A DNA stretch of 64,000 nt from Lingula anatina. Its lineage: Eukaryota > Animalia > Brachiopoda. Below the pieces are notes generated by a model. The model did not search any database and was not told the origin of the DNA. It worked only from the letters and a program-made list of their open reading frames with translations. Numbering within the stretch: the stretch's first letter is position 1; every line of letters starts with the position of its first letter. This document shows, one piece after another, positions 22,661 to 37,827 of the stretch. The position numbers and the translations under genes were made by a program. The stretch covers positions 21,288,534 through 21,352,533 of the forward strand of contig CM120644.1 of NCBI GenBank assembly GCA_051362555.1, read 5' to 3'.

Positions 22661-25621
22661 ACCCAGGCATAGAAAGTAATTTCTAGTCTTGAAGCTTGCT
22701 ACTTTGTTGACTACTAAATCTGATATACAAATAAATGAGCAATTTTTACCCATTGAAATAGGAAAATACGTTAACAAAGGTGATAAGCCAACTTGGCCTC
22801 GAAAAGCTCCACACTGTACCTGGTGCCAAAATGCAAAATGACTGCAAATGCATTGGGAGATGATTTAAACTTTATTTGTAAGTACCTAAAGGAACAGATC
22901 TTTAAAGTCATTTTAGTATTACTAGTAAGATCAGTTTTGTTGTATTTGAACAAACTCAACACTTTATGCACTATGCTGACCACAACAATGCATGTTGACA
23001 CTTCACTTGGTTTATTTTTTCAACTCCTTGTGCATGCCTACAACAGACATTACATACATATGAGGAAGAAAGAACAGACTACCATCACAAAGATGAAGAC
23101 ACTTTTACCACAGAGAATATCAACATCATTACTGACAATGATGTCTATGAAATACTTACTGGCATAAAAAGGACCACGCCAGGTGTCATCACAACAATTA
23201 AAAAAATCCTTTCTACAACTCTCAATGACATGTTCAGATGACAGAAACAGAAAACAAACTTCTAGTACTACCTTAAAACATTGCTATGTTGGACAACTTA
23301 TAATTAAGAACAATCATATTTTGTACTTGATACAATTTAAATTATTTCATTTTTTAATGTATCAAATTTATATATCCAATGACTTAGTGACAGTATAAAC
23401 AGTTAAAAAAGAAACACCATTTTGTTCACTTACAAAAATATCAAACTCCAAATGAATATTTGATTAAACCACAACACATATTACAGACTTTACATAAACA
23501 GATTCAATGCCAGCTAGCAAATGAGATGTTGAAAGAGTTTAAAATCTCAAAAAATAGAAAGGAAAAAAAAAAAACTGTAAATGTAATACTATATGCTTTG
23601 TCTAAAATAATTCAATGTTTTATTGCTGTTCTCTGTCAGCACCATTTTGATATTTTATGTTATCAACTGAATACTACAGTCCACGTAACACTGGCAACAT
23701 TCTATATCAGTTAACCATTAGGAATACTGAACTGTAGTCAGCAGATGAATTTCTAGCATTACCTGAGTGTCCCTAGTGCTGTCTTCCTGACTAAGTCAAG
23801 GCCTTGGGTTGCCGGACCAGGGTGGAAATAGTACTTCGATCACAGTCTTCACTTAGACTCTGGCGCTGAGGGAACGCATACGATGTGCGCCCCCCCCCCC
23901 CCCCCCCGCCCGCCCCCTGCCCAGGGCTGACGTAGTTGATTGTTAGAGAGTTACCCCCCCCCCCCCCCCCCCCCCGCCTCGCCCCACATCCCGGCTCCTA
24001 CACCTGTGTATCAAAACTATCGTTGGCTGGTTCATCTTCTGCCGGGAGTTGAACAGTTAACGTGGTCAGCAAATTTTTAGGGAGAGAAAAACGACATAGA
24101 AATGTATCATGTTTTCTGCAAAAATCTACACAGTGAAATTGGAAACATGGGCTATTTTCACACTTTTCTAAAAGTTTGTTATAGACTCTGATGATAGTAA
24201 CTCCACGCTATATTTATATATTTGCTGTTGAATTGATACTTCTCTTTCTCGTCGGACTCCCCCCTAAATTGTTCCACTTCAGAAAAATCAATGATGCCAT
24301 GTACAGGCAATTGACCTACATTCTCCACTGCAGTTATTGGCGCTAGTTTAACAATGTTATGACTTGGACGTGATAACGTGATTAATTGAGTACGTGGCTA
24401 AATCATGAAAATATGTGGATTATAGGCTATTTGGCGTTTCATTTTGGCATAGGAAACAAAAAAGAAAAACGCACAGTGTCTGAACCGTTAGCAGTTCACC
24501 TTCCAAGCAATACTACGTACATCTTAGATATTTATGAAAAACCTTTAAAATTCTACATTTGTATAGAAGGATCTTGTACTCTGATCCGTAGATGAGGAAC
24601 CAAACCACCAAGAGAAGTGCATTTAAATTCCTTTAACGGCATTTTCAGAAAAATAAAATGTTAAAATTCGTTTGTTTTGGCCTACAATCAACAGCGGTCA
24701 ATGTCTTGTCACACCTAACACATTATCATCAATTCTTGGAAGACGTCGCAATCATGTTGAGACAGAACAGGCGCCAGAATATCACCCTGTATAATAATGA
24801 TTATTTCTTATTTATTGATAAGATATTGATAACCCAATGTGTTGAAGTCCTAGATAAATATTAAGAGCACTACAATAATAATAAGATATATTTTAATGAA
24901 TCTAAGGTTTTATTCCATTTCGTTCTACGTAGATCAATCCAACTCTGCTGAATGCAATCAGTTTAACAGATTAACACACCTCCTCTTGTTTCAAACTTTC
25001 TCGTATAATCACCACCTTTTCTGTATTCTACCAAACGCCAGGCGGAGGCGTAACAATTTGAAATATCAATTCCCGAAGAAAAAATATTTGATACGAATGG
25101 AATTTCATTTCTTTCTTTATATAAAATGATATATGTTGAAATCGTGTATATGTGATGTTGATAGCATGGAATGACAGGAGGATATTGGGGAGGTAGAATA
25201 AAACTGTTATAACTTGTACATGACAGTACAGACGGGCGTTATGATAACTGGTTGTATGATGCAAAATGAAAAAAAAAATCAATTTGAATGAAATGCTTCG
25301 GCAAAATATCGGCATAGCGTATCGATCTTCACGGCGTTTGTGCTGACGTGTTAAAATATTGCATGGATTTTCCTGGGATAATGCTAACCAACCCTTCTTT
25401 CCTGCCACTGGCCAAAACTGTATAAAATCTGGAATCATTTAATAAACAAACGCCTTCGTTATCATGACCATGCAGGTTCCAAGCATGCACGCACACGCAC
25501 ACACACACACACACATATTTGCAAGTTTATCTGTCATTGTGAAGGTAAATGAAGACTACAACATCGTACATTTAAAAATAATCACATGATTTAAAGTTTA
25601 TAAAGTTTTAGTCTGCTGATT

Positions 25622-25636
25622 CCAGCAGATGGCGCC
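25622..25636 (+). promoter_or_regulatory. CTCF-like motif
   Basis: CCAGCAGATGGCGCC closely fits the CTCF core consensus. Confidence 0.4.
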
Positions 25637-28083
25637 ATAGCACGCTGAGGTCAGTCACATCTACTAAACTCTGTTCAGATAAAATCGTGCATTTGATCAT
25701 AACCAGTGACGTAAATAATGTTTCATTGTGGGGGTGTTAGGGTTTGGGATTAATTTTATCAATGGCGTGTTTTGAAATATATCAAACCCAAACGCGTCCT
25801 ATGCATTTTTATTGCAGTAAATTGTCAATGAGAGTTCACCTATCAGATAATGTTGACAATTAAGTAAACAATGCGTCCAAAATGTCCTGCCTCCTCCCCC
25901 ATGAATCATATGTAACCAACACTCCAGAAAGAGATGTCACGTCTTCATCAGTTTTGAGTGACCAGGGAGTGGATGCGAGGCGGTCCAGATACTAAGTATA
26001 CGAATATATCAGTTTCAACCAATTTCGTACAACGTTGTGAGATATTAATGTTAGGTATTTGATGATAACTTATTTGTGATTCATTTTTGATGCCTGAATG
26101 TTTAAAACAAGTTTGGAAATACCCCAATATTTTCCCCATTTTGCTTCCTCCACATTTTCGCCAGCTCTTCAATCCCATATTTATTCATATTCATATCTTC
26201 ATGTTAATTGAACTGCGTTAGTAGATATACTCGTAGGAGTAAACGTTTAGTGTGTGTAATTTTTTCTCTCTTTTATTTATTTATTTATTTTTTTTTTGCG
26301 AAGGAGAGAGATAGTATATGTAGGAAAATAGGTAGTTATAAAACTTGTTTGCAAATATCTTTAAGAAAATATATTCCTCTATCCAGTAAAGAGTGAAGTA
26401 ATTTTTTTCAATCAACAGCTTAATATTGAAATAGTTTACCTTTACCTCTAATATTTGAATGTTTAACAGAACATTCATCATTACTCACCTGGAAAGCCTC
26501 ATTCCCTGATTTCAATATTAAGCTAATGAAATTCTCTGATTTGTCCAGTTAAATTTTATTAAATATTGGCAATATAACATTGAATAATATTGTTTTTGCT
26601 TATGTCTTGTGAGCTATATTTTTTAAAATGTGTTCTTTTATCCAGTAAAAATTAATGCCAAATAGGGGATATTACATTGAATAATAATTTTTGCTGGTGT
26701 CAATTCTTAATTTCTTGTTCTTTAGTACTTTGGATTCAGCATACAAAATAATATCACTCTCTTTGAAAACATGGGTTTTAATTTCAATTCAAAGGCATAT
26801 AGTGCGCGTTACATCTTTACCTAGAAAGTAATTAACATCCTGAGAAATTCAACAATTTCACTTTATCACCAAAGCACACTTTTATCCAACACCGATGACA
26901 AAAGTACGATGAGTGTTCTAGATACCGTATACCTTGGTGATTTATTGTTAAAATTTCAAGGAAAATTTATCGACTTAGTGCATGAAATTGCTGTAAACTG
27001 TTTTGTATGCCGTATTACCTGAATTATTTATTGTTGAAATTTCTAGAAAAATAAAATTTTAGCTACATACGGGTCTTGCACTCGCTATGTGCCTTTAACG
27101 TTAGCTTTACTTTAAATGCTCATATAAGAGATTAGAATACATGATTTCATAAATGTGTTCTTGTTATTGTTCCAATTCTTCTACTGTCCAGATTCGTAGT
27201 ATGTACACTATGACTTTCGTAAAAATGTAACTGGACGACGATGTCTCTTAAAAAATCTAGATTCTGTGTAAAGATAAAAGAATTATTGATACTATTTTTT
27301 AAAATCCTCTCAACTTTGAATATTGTCACTTACTTTTTACGTCGATCAGCAGGTGCAAACATTTACTCTCTACATGTGCTATGTGAGGTTAATTCATGTT
27401 CTGTTAATAGCAAAATATTTGTCACGAGAGTTGTAGAATTGCTCATGCTTGTAGGTATTTAGTTATTGAAAAAATTCTTATTATACCGTATAGTTTGAAA
27501 CAGAGAAAAACAACGTCGGATCCGGAACATGTAAATGTAGTCAAATTGTGAAATTTGTACCATTATATGTATTTGATAGTGTCAGTCCAGAGTTTCCTTT
27601 TCGATTTTTCTGATGTTAAAGGTGAAATGAATACCGGATCCGGTGTTGTTTTTTAAAGGAAAAAGTTTTTTTCTGAAATATTTTCTTTTAACGAGATCAG
27701 ACATAAATAGTTTAGTTGAAAGTTTTATTTGTTAAATCAGATAGGCTAAATTTGTTACATTTTTGAGTGAGTCCTAATGCAGCTTTCAGTAACTTGGTTT
27801 ATTTTAATTTAAAACTTTATAGATTTTTCAGAAATGTAGTTATGCAGAAAAGCGTTTTAAAACGGATAAATTTGCATGCAAACATCAGTGGAGATTTGTT
27901 TTGGTCTTAATAAAGAAATACCAAAATTATGCAATGCGTTGTAGCGTTTTCATGCTCATTTGTACTAAATGGGTTGGGGTTCGCTTTCCTGCTCTCGGAT
28001 ATCACTGGGTAATATTCAAGAAAGACTTTTCAGAATTTTCCTTTGGTTACTATAAGAAGAAAGTCTATCCGGGGAGGGTGGGT

Positions 28084-28165
28084 GGGAACAGTTAGAGGAG
28101 TAGGTAACGCGCTTGCCTCTGAGACAGAAGGTTGCAGGTTCAATTCCTGGCGCCACTGGGTCCCA
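28084..28165 (+). mobile_element. tRNA-derived SINE head (degenerate)
   Basis: A-box-like tagaggagtagg and B-box ggttcaattcc at tRNA-like spacing; no intact cloverleaf acceptor stem. Confidence 0.55.
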
Positions 28166-30466
28166 GCAAATTACCTTTTACAAAAATAAACCAGAATAAA
28201 TCCTTTCGACTACGAACACAGGATGGTAAGAGGCACATTCATTTATTATTGCACAAATGAATACAAAAAGTAACAGCATCGTTTTCACAAAATATTATAA
28301 AACTTGAAATGTCTTTTTTCTTCTACATTAATGGCAGTTCCATAAAACGTGCTATGAAATGTGAATAAAGCTTTTACATACAAACAAAACTGGTTCTCTA
28401 TCTAACTGAAACATGTCGAGATTCTATGCATTTTGAAAATTTCTACTTGGCCGGCGTGGCCTTTTGATTTATAAAGGAGTTCAGGAATATTATGACAGAC
28501 ATAATACCAACAAGATTTTTTTTAAAAATTACCAAAACATGTTTGTCTAAATTCACTGGTGTGATCGATATAGAAAAAGCGCTGATCTATACATCGATAT
28601 AGAAAATTCAATATGCATAGAACCTAATCCTATCCTGACGCATGTACCCACATGGAAGCACTATGTCGCCTTGCTGAAGTATACACACAAAACAAAAAGT
28701 GGTCAAAATAATCAAATTTTGTTAAATTCCTGTTAGTTTTGTTCATCGATAAATATTGTCCATGTCCACTGCAAACTTGTTTTCTTCACATGAAATCCTA
28801 AAATATGTATTTCATGGCAAAACTTTGAGCGAAAACTGAAATTTTACAGCATGCGAATCATAAACGTCATAATGACATGACCAACTTAAAGCTTATTCCA
28901 CCAACGCCATTGCAAAGGAAACGGAAAAAAAAATCCTCAATTATTAGTTTACTTGACATATACATTTACTAAGACATTTCTAATAATCTTAAGACTGGTC
29001 TCCGGTATTCAGTGATCAAGTGACACTCAGCACTATAACTCAACAAGCAGGACTGACATCCAATAATAGGTTATTCTTCAATTACCCTTTGATTGCGAAC
29101 AAGAGTAAACGAAGAAAATACTAGGTACAAGACCAACCTTTAACAAAGCGCTGATCTATACATTTTTGGATAAAGTTTTTTATACTGAGAGAATGACTAT
29201 TATTCATATTTTTTAAAGAAGCAAAATACTATGAAGAAGTAATTTTGTATGATAATTCGATGGATTTTCGAAGAATTGGCTAAATATCTGCAAGTGAAGT
29301 TAATTTACAAAAAAATGCTCATTTAGTTGTCAAAATTTTCCTATAAATTTCGTTTAAATTGTATCACATTCTATTTTGGGAGTATTGACAGAAATTGCCA
29401 TTCCTAAAAACATCATCGAGTAGCCATTATTCTAAAAAATTGGCTTTGTGACAGCTAAAATGATTGATTTTACTTTGTCAAGAATTTGTCAAAAATTCAG
29501 AATGTAAAAGTTTCTAATGAATGTCAGTCCTACATAGATCCTTTAATGAAGATAATATTCAGAAATAAAACATTTTCTATGATTCAACAATTTTCCTTTG
29601 TAACCTACCACTACTACAATAACAAATTTATTTTAATTTCGGGAAAATTTCAACTCCTTGGTTTCGTTTCTAAAACCAGGGTGACTTTTGACCCCTCCCC
29701 TCATTGAAACACGAAGTTTACTTCATATGCGTCACAACTGCACACTTAAACTTAAGATCATTTCAATACGTGTGGACAGTTCTGCAATACTAATGACACA
29801 TTCTGCCAGCTTGATAATGCTGCAATTTCTGAAACGTAATTATTTAAATTACAGCAATTTATTGATTTTTTGTAGCTATATATCCCGTTTTTTCTTCAAC
29901 TAAACACACATTATAACCTCCAAAGACTTCCATAAATGCATTTTACACGGTTGGGACGTTTTCTTTCTTTCCAAAAGTAGACATCAAAATAAGTATTAGG
30001 ATTCAATTTTAAATATATAATTGTTCACGGTTGAAATGCCGAATTGCAGATTTGCCCTCACAAATATGTTACCATCAATAAGAAAACCGGTCGTCCTACA
30101 TGTGCTTGTTGTTTATGTTTCCACACCTACACGGAAATAAACCAATACTACATGTACGTGTAGCAAAGTACTCTTCCTGAACACTACTTGGTGATAATTT
30201 GACAATAACCAAAACCGATTTAGTACACCAATAAAGCAAGACACTTTTTGCATTGGCAATATTCGTATTAAACGAGAACTTAAAAAAAAAAGTATTTTCT
30301 CATCTTCGAGACCTGTACCCGCCCCTTAACCAACTACATCAACAAATTACCATTAAAACACCACGAGCGGGAAGAGTACTGTACAACAACATGGTAACAT
30401 AGATACACGTACATATGTACAATAGCAAACCAGCGACATACAGGGCTGACGCTTAGTATAGAAATA

Positions 30467-30641
30467 GACGCCGTTCACAACCAGTTGAACTGCTGACTAT
30501 TTAAGATCATTGCACCTGACAATGGATTCCCCGCCTCCCATGTGCACCGTCCCAGCAGGGGTGAGCAATTAAATCTAAGCTTGCTTTCAAGTGGGGCTTT
30601 CAACTAGTTAGTCTGCGGATCAACTGGCTGTGAACGCACCC
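30467..30641. mobile_element. Harbinger-like MITE
   Basis: Inverted ends cgttcacaaccagttgaactgctgacta / tagtctgcggatcaactggctgtgaacg. Confidence 0.65.
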
Positions 30642-32289
30642 AAGTCCTTTTTAAATTAAATTAGACGTTTCTCGAAAAAAATACTCCTTACATCATACTT
30701 TTTCATTTGATACGCTTTCCAATGGAGAACACCACAGTCCAAAGCAAACATGACACTTCATATTTTCATACATTTAAAAATGTCAACTTTGCAAATTTAC
30801 TAGCAGACGAACTCTGACATGCGACATGTAATCTTGACATGGATGCAGCCGCTGTGGAACACGAGTCTGACGTCATTGATGGAGAACGTATTCAATCTCC
30901 GTGTGCACGGTTGAGTCACTGAAATCAAACAAAAACACCTTTACAAAAAAATGTCTATGTGTTGGTTTAATAAAGCAGTTTTTAATTTTACATCAACCGA
31001 TTTCGATAGTAGTATTCATCAAACAACTTTTCAAGCTTTAAATTATACAAAAAATATACTGAGCTGACACGTTCTATGTCATCATACACTTTCTAACAAT
31101 ATAATTTCTATTCTTTTACACCGTGTACACACAGTAACGCGACAAGATTCTGTGTGTTTAGAATCACATGTCAGTGGTGTTACTAAAAAGACAGTGTCCC
31201 TCCATTACGTATAAAGTGAAATTTTAGAAATAAACATATGACAGGAGGGTAGTAAAAACAAAATTTATGAGATCTTAGAAAGAAGAACTACATAGTCATG
31301 ACATGTGCACATTGGCGGGTAGGGATTTGCTGAGGTGGATTTTGGATATTTTAAAATCAATCCGGGACCTATGAATGTAGTTACCTGCCAAAATGTCTTA
31401 CATTGTTTAAGACGGAAGACGCGTTCACAGCTGGAGCAAATCTCTGACCACCCGTTTTCTGGCAAATGCATTCCAGCTGAAAATAAGAACAGAAAATAAA
31501 CTATTTAAACGTCAAGTGAATTTGGATATCAGAGGAAAATATTGTTGCTGTCAAGACAAAAATGTCCCCATGATGCTTTGTGAGCAATTTGCACCATTTT
31601 TGGCAAATACCATCAATTCCAAATAACCAATGTTACTCCATCATCTATACAGTACTTACTTACAGTACTTACTTACAGTTCGATGCCAATTTCAGTGCCA
31701 GATTTTCGACCAACTAGTAGAAATTGTAACAATGTAACACAAGGCTGCTTTCTTCTCCATCTTCTACTGACCTCGGTCCTTGCTGAACACCTCTCACCAA
31801 AATACTCACCTAGATTACATAATATTTTATAATGTACAGTTGAGCATCTTCCGTGCGGAAGCCTCGTTTTAAACTTCAGTCTTTGTTATATGACACAGAC
31901 AGAGGATTAGGGCTTGTTGAAATCATAATGACAGAAACATTACAATTATCTAAATTTTGTACAACAGTTGTGATACAAAATGTTCAATATACACGAGTGC
32001 CCCTGTACCCTCCGTACCTTTGTGTTAACACATGGGGTAGGGAAATTGCTCCCATCCTCAACACAGTGTGTAGGTATCACAGTTGATGGCATTCAGTGGT
32101 GGAAGAAATAACAACTGTTCATTTTAGCCAAAGATTTGAATTTCTATATCTTTCCTGTTGGGAAATGGGGCTTCGACACGGTAACGCAATTCTGTGCAAT
32201 CTTTTGCTACTTTACACGCCTCGCCCCAGGTCAAAGGCATTGGTTACCAGCGGATAACTAATGCGTCCCCCATTCAAAGTTAGTCCATT

Positions 32290-32375
32290 TTTGTAATAAT
32301 CTCTTAAGAGATTATTACAGAAGATAGCCATGTATGGAGGTCACGTGGTCCGATAGCAAGCACAGATTCCAGAAT
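32290..32375. repeat. Interspersed repeat end with perfect 28-bp palindrome (second copy 17345-17423)
   Basis: tgtaataatctcttaagagattattaca (32292-32319) plus flank aligns in reverse with 17345-17423. Confidence 0.7.
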
Positions 32376-33989
32376 AATTGCATTTACCACCGTTTTGAGA
32401 GACTAAACAAATATTTAAAATGAAAAATAAAACATTATTTAGGGATGATATTTCTCCTTAATGCTAAGAATCTGCAATAGGTTTCTTGTTATCTTGTGAT
32501 CACTATCATCTAAATGTTCAAAATTGCAGAGTTGCTTCTTGCTTGAAAACAAACGGGTTTGCTCACGGGCGAAGTTTTGCTTCTACCTGGCCAAAAAGCA
32601 TAGAGTCCCAGTGAGAGTTAATGTAATGGACAGAACGGCACTCCCCTACCCGCATGCTGCTTCATTAACTGTCTGACGACCCGAGTTTTATATCTTGACA
32701 GTAATGATGGCTTTCCTTGTTAAAAGGGCAAAATATGAGTCAGTCGCCTTAAATTGTGGGTTTCTACTAATGGCATTAATCGCATAATTTTAAACGTCCG
32801 GTAAACATACAGAAAAAATCAACTGTTTGACATACACAGGGGCGGAGCCAGGATTATTTTAAGAGGGGGGGGGGGAGGGAGTCTTTTTTTTTTAGAAATG
32901 ACAGGCCTCGGATGCTAAGCCGACCCTCGCCCCCCTCCTCCACCCCCGTGGGGTTCGGGGCCTGCTGAAGGGCACCGAAAAATTTTGGTATTTTAGAGGG
33001 TGAACGGTGCCATTTGGTACGGTTTAGAACAAGGATTAAGCTAGTCAAAATTCTAATATCAATTGGTGTGTTTTTTTTCAGAAACCGAGGGGGGGTGCAT
33101 GATGTTGTTCATACTGAAATAATTTTGTTTTTACTTAAAAAATAGAATAAAATTAATGAGATAAAAAAGTATTTAAAAAATAAATATTCGATCAAATATT
33201 TTCTTATAAGGCGTATCATCCAACTTATATTTAATGAAAAGATAATTTTTACCAATCTGATGAAATACAGTATAAAATAATGAACAAACAACTTATATAA
33301 ATTAAACCGAGAATTTTAAGTCTTTGATTAAACCAGCCCGACTTATTCCACTATTAGTTTATTAATTTTCACAAATCTGGAGTTTTTAAATATTACAAGC
33401 TATATATCGCAGAATAAAGCTCGAAAGATTGTTAACGCATTGCATGAAATTGTTTTCAATTTTAATTTGTTTAGTTTATTTAAAAGCAACTATAAGGAAC
33501 GAACAAAACCGGTACTTTTTAGTTTTACCTGGCCACTAACATCATTATCTCGGCATTTTTTTCCGTAGCTCAGGAAAAAATGACAAAGTTTTACTTTTTA
33601 TATCATTCGTTTTTAAAAATGATACAAAAATAGTCATTGGGTCTAAAAGAAGATTGGTATGATTAAAGTTATGTGTTCAGTTCGTACACGAAGTTCCGAT
33701 ATCGTAGGAGTACCAAAGAAAGGATTATGTAGCAACAAACATCGACAACAACGTTAATTCAGGTATAGTCATTTAACATCATAAAATAATTTTTTAAAAA
33801 TTACAACTGATTTTAAGTACAATAAAGAACGCCTGGGAAAGAACCTGGGACTCTTTCACGTTGTTAAATTCCATGTAGTCTCTCAGTTGAAATAAAGAAC
33901 CCGACGTTTTTTAACGCGCTGCGAATAAAAAAAAAAAAAAGACTCCTACCTCCAGAATGTTACGACATGTATTGTTATAGACAGGTATG

Positions 33990-34375
33990 AATCAAATTCA
34001 AACAGAATAATTCAACTTTGATGGAAGCTGTCAAGCTCACACGACTATGAATGACAGTTTAATGAACTTCAAACACAATTACTATAATTTTCTCCCCGAA
34101 CATGTAAAATTCCAATATTCACATCCTTTGATTGACAAGGTGCCAATCAAATCCAGTTAGTTTTGATAGAAGCTGTCAAGTAATAACAGTTTGATTGAGG
34201 GGTTATATAAACAAACGTCAATCACATTCAATACATTCTACTCTCAGACCATGCAAAGCTCAAACTTTTATATCCTTTGATTGACAAGGTGCCAATCATA
34301 TTCAGTTAGTTTTGATATTTACTGTCAAGTAATAACAGCTTGATTGGCAGGTTATATAAACAAACGTCAATCATC
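33990..34375. repeat. ~150-bp degenerate tandem repeat (2.5 copies)
   Basis: atcctttgattgacaaggtgccaatca...gttatataaacaaacgtcaatca at 34122 and 34272; weaker copy near 33990. Confidence 0.75.
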
Positions 34376-37300
34376 GTGCACTGTGATTTTTCTCGCTGTG
34401 AAACAGTGAGTACGCCGAAAGAGAGCGCTCAAATCTGAAGTTAGGATAATAATTAACTTACAAAATATTTCAAGAGGATATCTACAACCTGTTTCCAAGA
34501 CTAGTTCTCTTTCTGAACCCTTCAGCATGTCTAATACGATACTCTAGATTACAAACTATTTTGTAAAAAGAAGAAAACAAACCAATTTAAAAACAGATTC
34601 AAGTAAAGAAATATGACATTTGGCGTTCTTCTGGAGGTAGCGCATGAGTCATTTCAAAATAAGAACAACCATAAAAATGTATACGTGTACCTCAGTATGT
34701 GCGTGGAAGAAGGTCGAATAAATGTTTTTGCATTATGGGTGTAGTATTGACAGATTCTTTTACGGTCAAAGTCTACTTTCTGCAAAATAATAAATAAATA
34801 AATATTAAATAAATAAATAAACAAATAGATAAATAAATAAATAAATACTAATTCATCTTCATTAAAGGTAACATTCGCATTTTGGTTGAGGTAAGCAGTT
34901 TAATTCTTGCGGGGCTAAATGTTAGCAAGGACGTGTGATAATAAGTGGATGGGAAACAAAAACATTACCGTAAACAAAAATTTAACTGTGGTCAACTCTC
35001 TAAACGTTTTCGTGTGCGTCGTCCATTCCTTTTTTTCACAAACAAACCGCTACCTCGCTCTTGTAAATATTTTGTTGGTTTATTAAAAATTCGATAAAAA
35101 ATATTTCAATCACAACCAAAACTGGGCAAGAAAGCTTTCCAGATGGTCGTGCACGCGAGAACAAGCAGGTGTTTCATAGGTGCCAAGATGTTAAGTATTT
35201 CATATCAATTACTGTCAACAAATCATTAAAAATTAATGCAAATATTATTTTATAATACCGGAGGAATGAAAAACCTGTCAGCTAGGTTTAATAATTACAC
35301 GAGAAAGGGAGTCACCGGGATACTCCACACAGAGGAAGATGAGGATTATGCGGCAAGTTTAAATATGTAATGAAAATATAACTGTAATCAAAATGTAATC
35401 ATTAAAGGTAGGGTGCTAATGCGCCACAAAAACACCGGGATTGTGCTGAAATAAAATTTAAAAAAAAAACGGGATTTACCCTCCAAAACATGCAGACAAA
35501 AATTAGGCACAAAGGAAAATGAACGCTTTATGTTCAGAGCTCATCTGTGACCCTTGTAGAGAGTACTAATACACCCTCTGATATTACAGGGGTCTCTAGT
35601 ATAGCTTGTTACAAAAGAAGGGATGGATACACGCTTCTCAACACCTTGGTGTAAATTTAGACATATACACGTATTCGTGATTTTGTCCATGGTGTAAAAT
35701 AGGATTCACAAACAAATATGATGGGTGTGTTCGGCAGAGAACGTGTTCCGCCTGATTGTCTCAAATATCCCGGTCGATTCAGAAATTTTAAATAACCTAG
35801 TAGCGACAGAATACACTGTCCGTACATAATTATACCTCCGCAAAATAACCATCCGTTACTTGTTACTTAGGGACCATTCCCAGACTCTATCGTACTAACT
35901 GTAGCTCGATCTATCTCCAAGGGAATTCTCGCTATAATTCCACACGTTCTGGGATAAACATGTCCTTTTTTCAATTTGGTGTTGGTTTTACAAAACGTAA
36001 TAAACAACTCTGAATAAAACAACATAGAGACAATATTTACAAAATAATTCAATTTAGAAATAAATCTTATTTTTGACCAAACAAAGCCACTCAGTTAAAT
36101 TAAAGTAAAATATGGTTTTGCCGACTTTTGCGGTTTACAGCGACTGATGTGTCAGACGATTAATTCTAGGTCAATTCTCAAGAACCCCCCCCCCCCCCCC
36201 CCCCTTGAGGCATTTATAAATTTCTTGAATGGTTTACTGAATATAAGAAAAAGGATAACATAAAAAAGACTGGTCATTAATTATAAGATTAAGGAAACTC
36301 ACTTATGCGCTTAAACAAACACTTAGTCAACCTTAAGTCAGATGCAAATTTGCCATAACGTTATTTTTCATTATTTCCATTTTATCCTTTTTCTAAAAGT
36401 AAACGTTTTATTATTTCATTAGATGTGAATGTGTTTTTTCAATAACTGGTTAAGTAAATAACAATTTTGAAACTAGTAAAAGAAAAGTTTTGAAATTTGT
36501 TTTTATGGCTGGGGGTAGTGGTGACAGAATGGATACCTGGATTAGTAAGATTTTCCATGTTCCTTGATTAAAGGTAGGCAAGGTGATTAAGGAGGAGGGG
36601 GGCAATTAAAAATGTCAGTTACTGCATCAATGGGATACCTGGATGAGTGAGATTATTTGTTTATCTCAACTCTACCTGTAGATACAATTTAATTCAAGGC
36701 ATGCATAATTTTCTCAATATCATATTATATTGTTTATTGTCAGGATGATATTCATTACAGGAGGGTGGTGGTGGGGGTGGGGGAGCTGCCCTGATACCAT
36801 GTTGGACTTGGACAGCTTTGACACAGTTAGTGAAATACAGTATATACAGCCACAATGACATGTTCAGCAAATTATTGTGCCGGCAGTTACTCATGCCTTT
36901 CAAAATTCCAAACATAATAGTATGATCTTATAGCCACCTGGATTATTACTTTTTTTGGAGAAATATTAGACTTTGTGTTTGTATGTAATATGTATAAGGG
37001 GGCACTTTGAAGTTTTGAGCCAAATGTAAGCCATAAAAAGAGCAAATAAAAACACAGTGAAATATTTAGAACATTAACTTTGTTTATAAAATAAATTTTG
37101 CAAAATAACACATACCAACTTGGATCTTTGAATTCTAAATCTAGCATTACTAATTCATCTTTAACTAAATTTAGAAGAGTTGTTAACTTAACAAGACACA
37201 ACTGCATATGTCATCTCACAATTTGTATTAGTATCTTAATTCATATTGATTTCATTATGGATTATTATTACATTATTGCATAACTTCATCTAAAAAGAGA

Positions 37301-37787
37301 AAAACATGGACTTCGCTCGAGTTCCCCACTGTCTTTGCATGCATACTGTATTTTAAAAGCTTACAGCATGAACAAAGCACTTCAGGTGTAGTCATCCACA
37401 CTGGCTCCAATCCTATTTATTCCAACCATGTCCATGAGGTGAAGGATTTAACTGTATCATGCCAGCTTGTTGTCTATATTGCCAGTCTGGTATTAGTCCA
37501 TGCAGTATTCACAGGTTGCAAGAGAGTATTGGCAGTTCAAGGCAGAAGCCTGTCTATATATACTTTCATTATCCAGACAGAACATAAAGTCTCATTCAAC
37601 ATTCACAAAGGTGAACAAAGTAAATTCCTAAATTGCATTCACAATTTACACTATATTCTTGTTTTGTTAAACAAGATTATTTGTACTGATAAAAGATACT
37701 GTTTATGTAATAATCAGATATATTTCAGGAAATATCAAATAAACAAATTTTCAACTTGGCAATGTTTACAGACCGACATCATGCACA

Positions 37788-37827
<40 letters not shown>

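Noticed and set aside
22771-23400. Possible LINE C-terminal or host exon
   Set aside because: Coding-like composition but no motif could be recognised with confidence
23890-23975. Poly-C tracts as a G-quadruplex regulatory element
   Set aside because: Homopolymer C/G runs recur in MITE remnants here (32865, 36185); no independent support
28084-28160. Functional tRNA gene
   Set aside because: Has A/B boxes but no paired acceptor stem or clean anticodon arm; better explained as a SINE head
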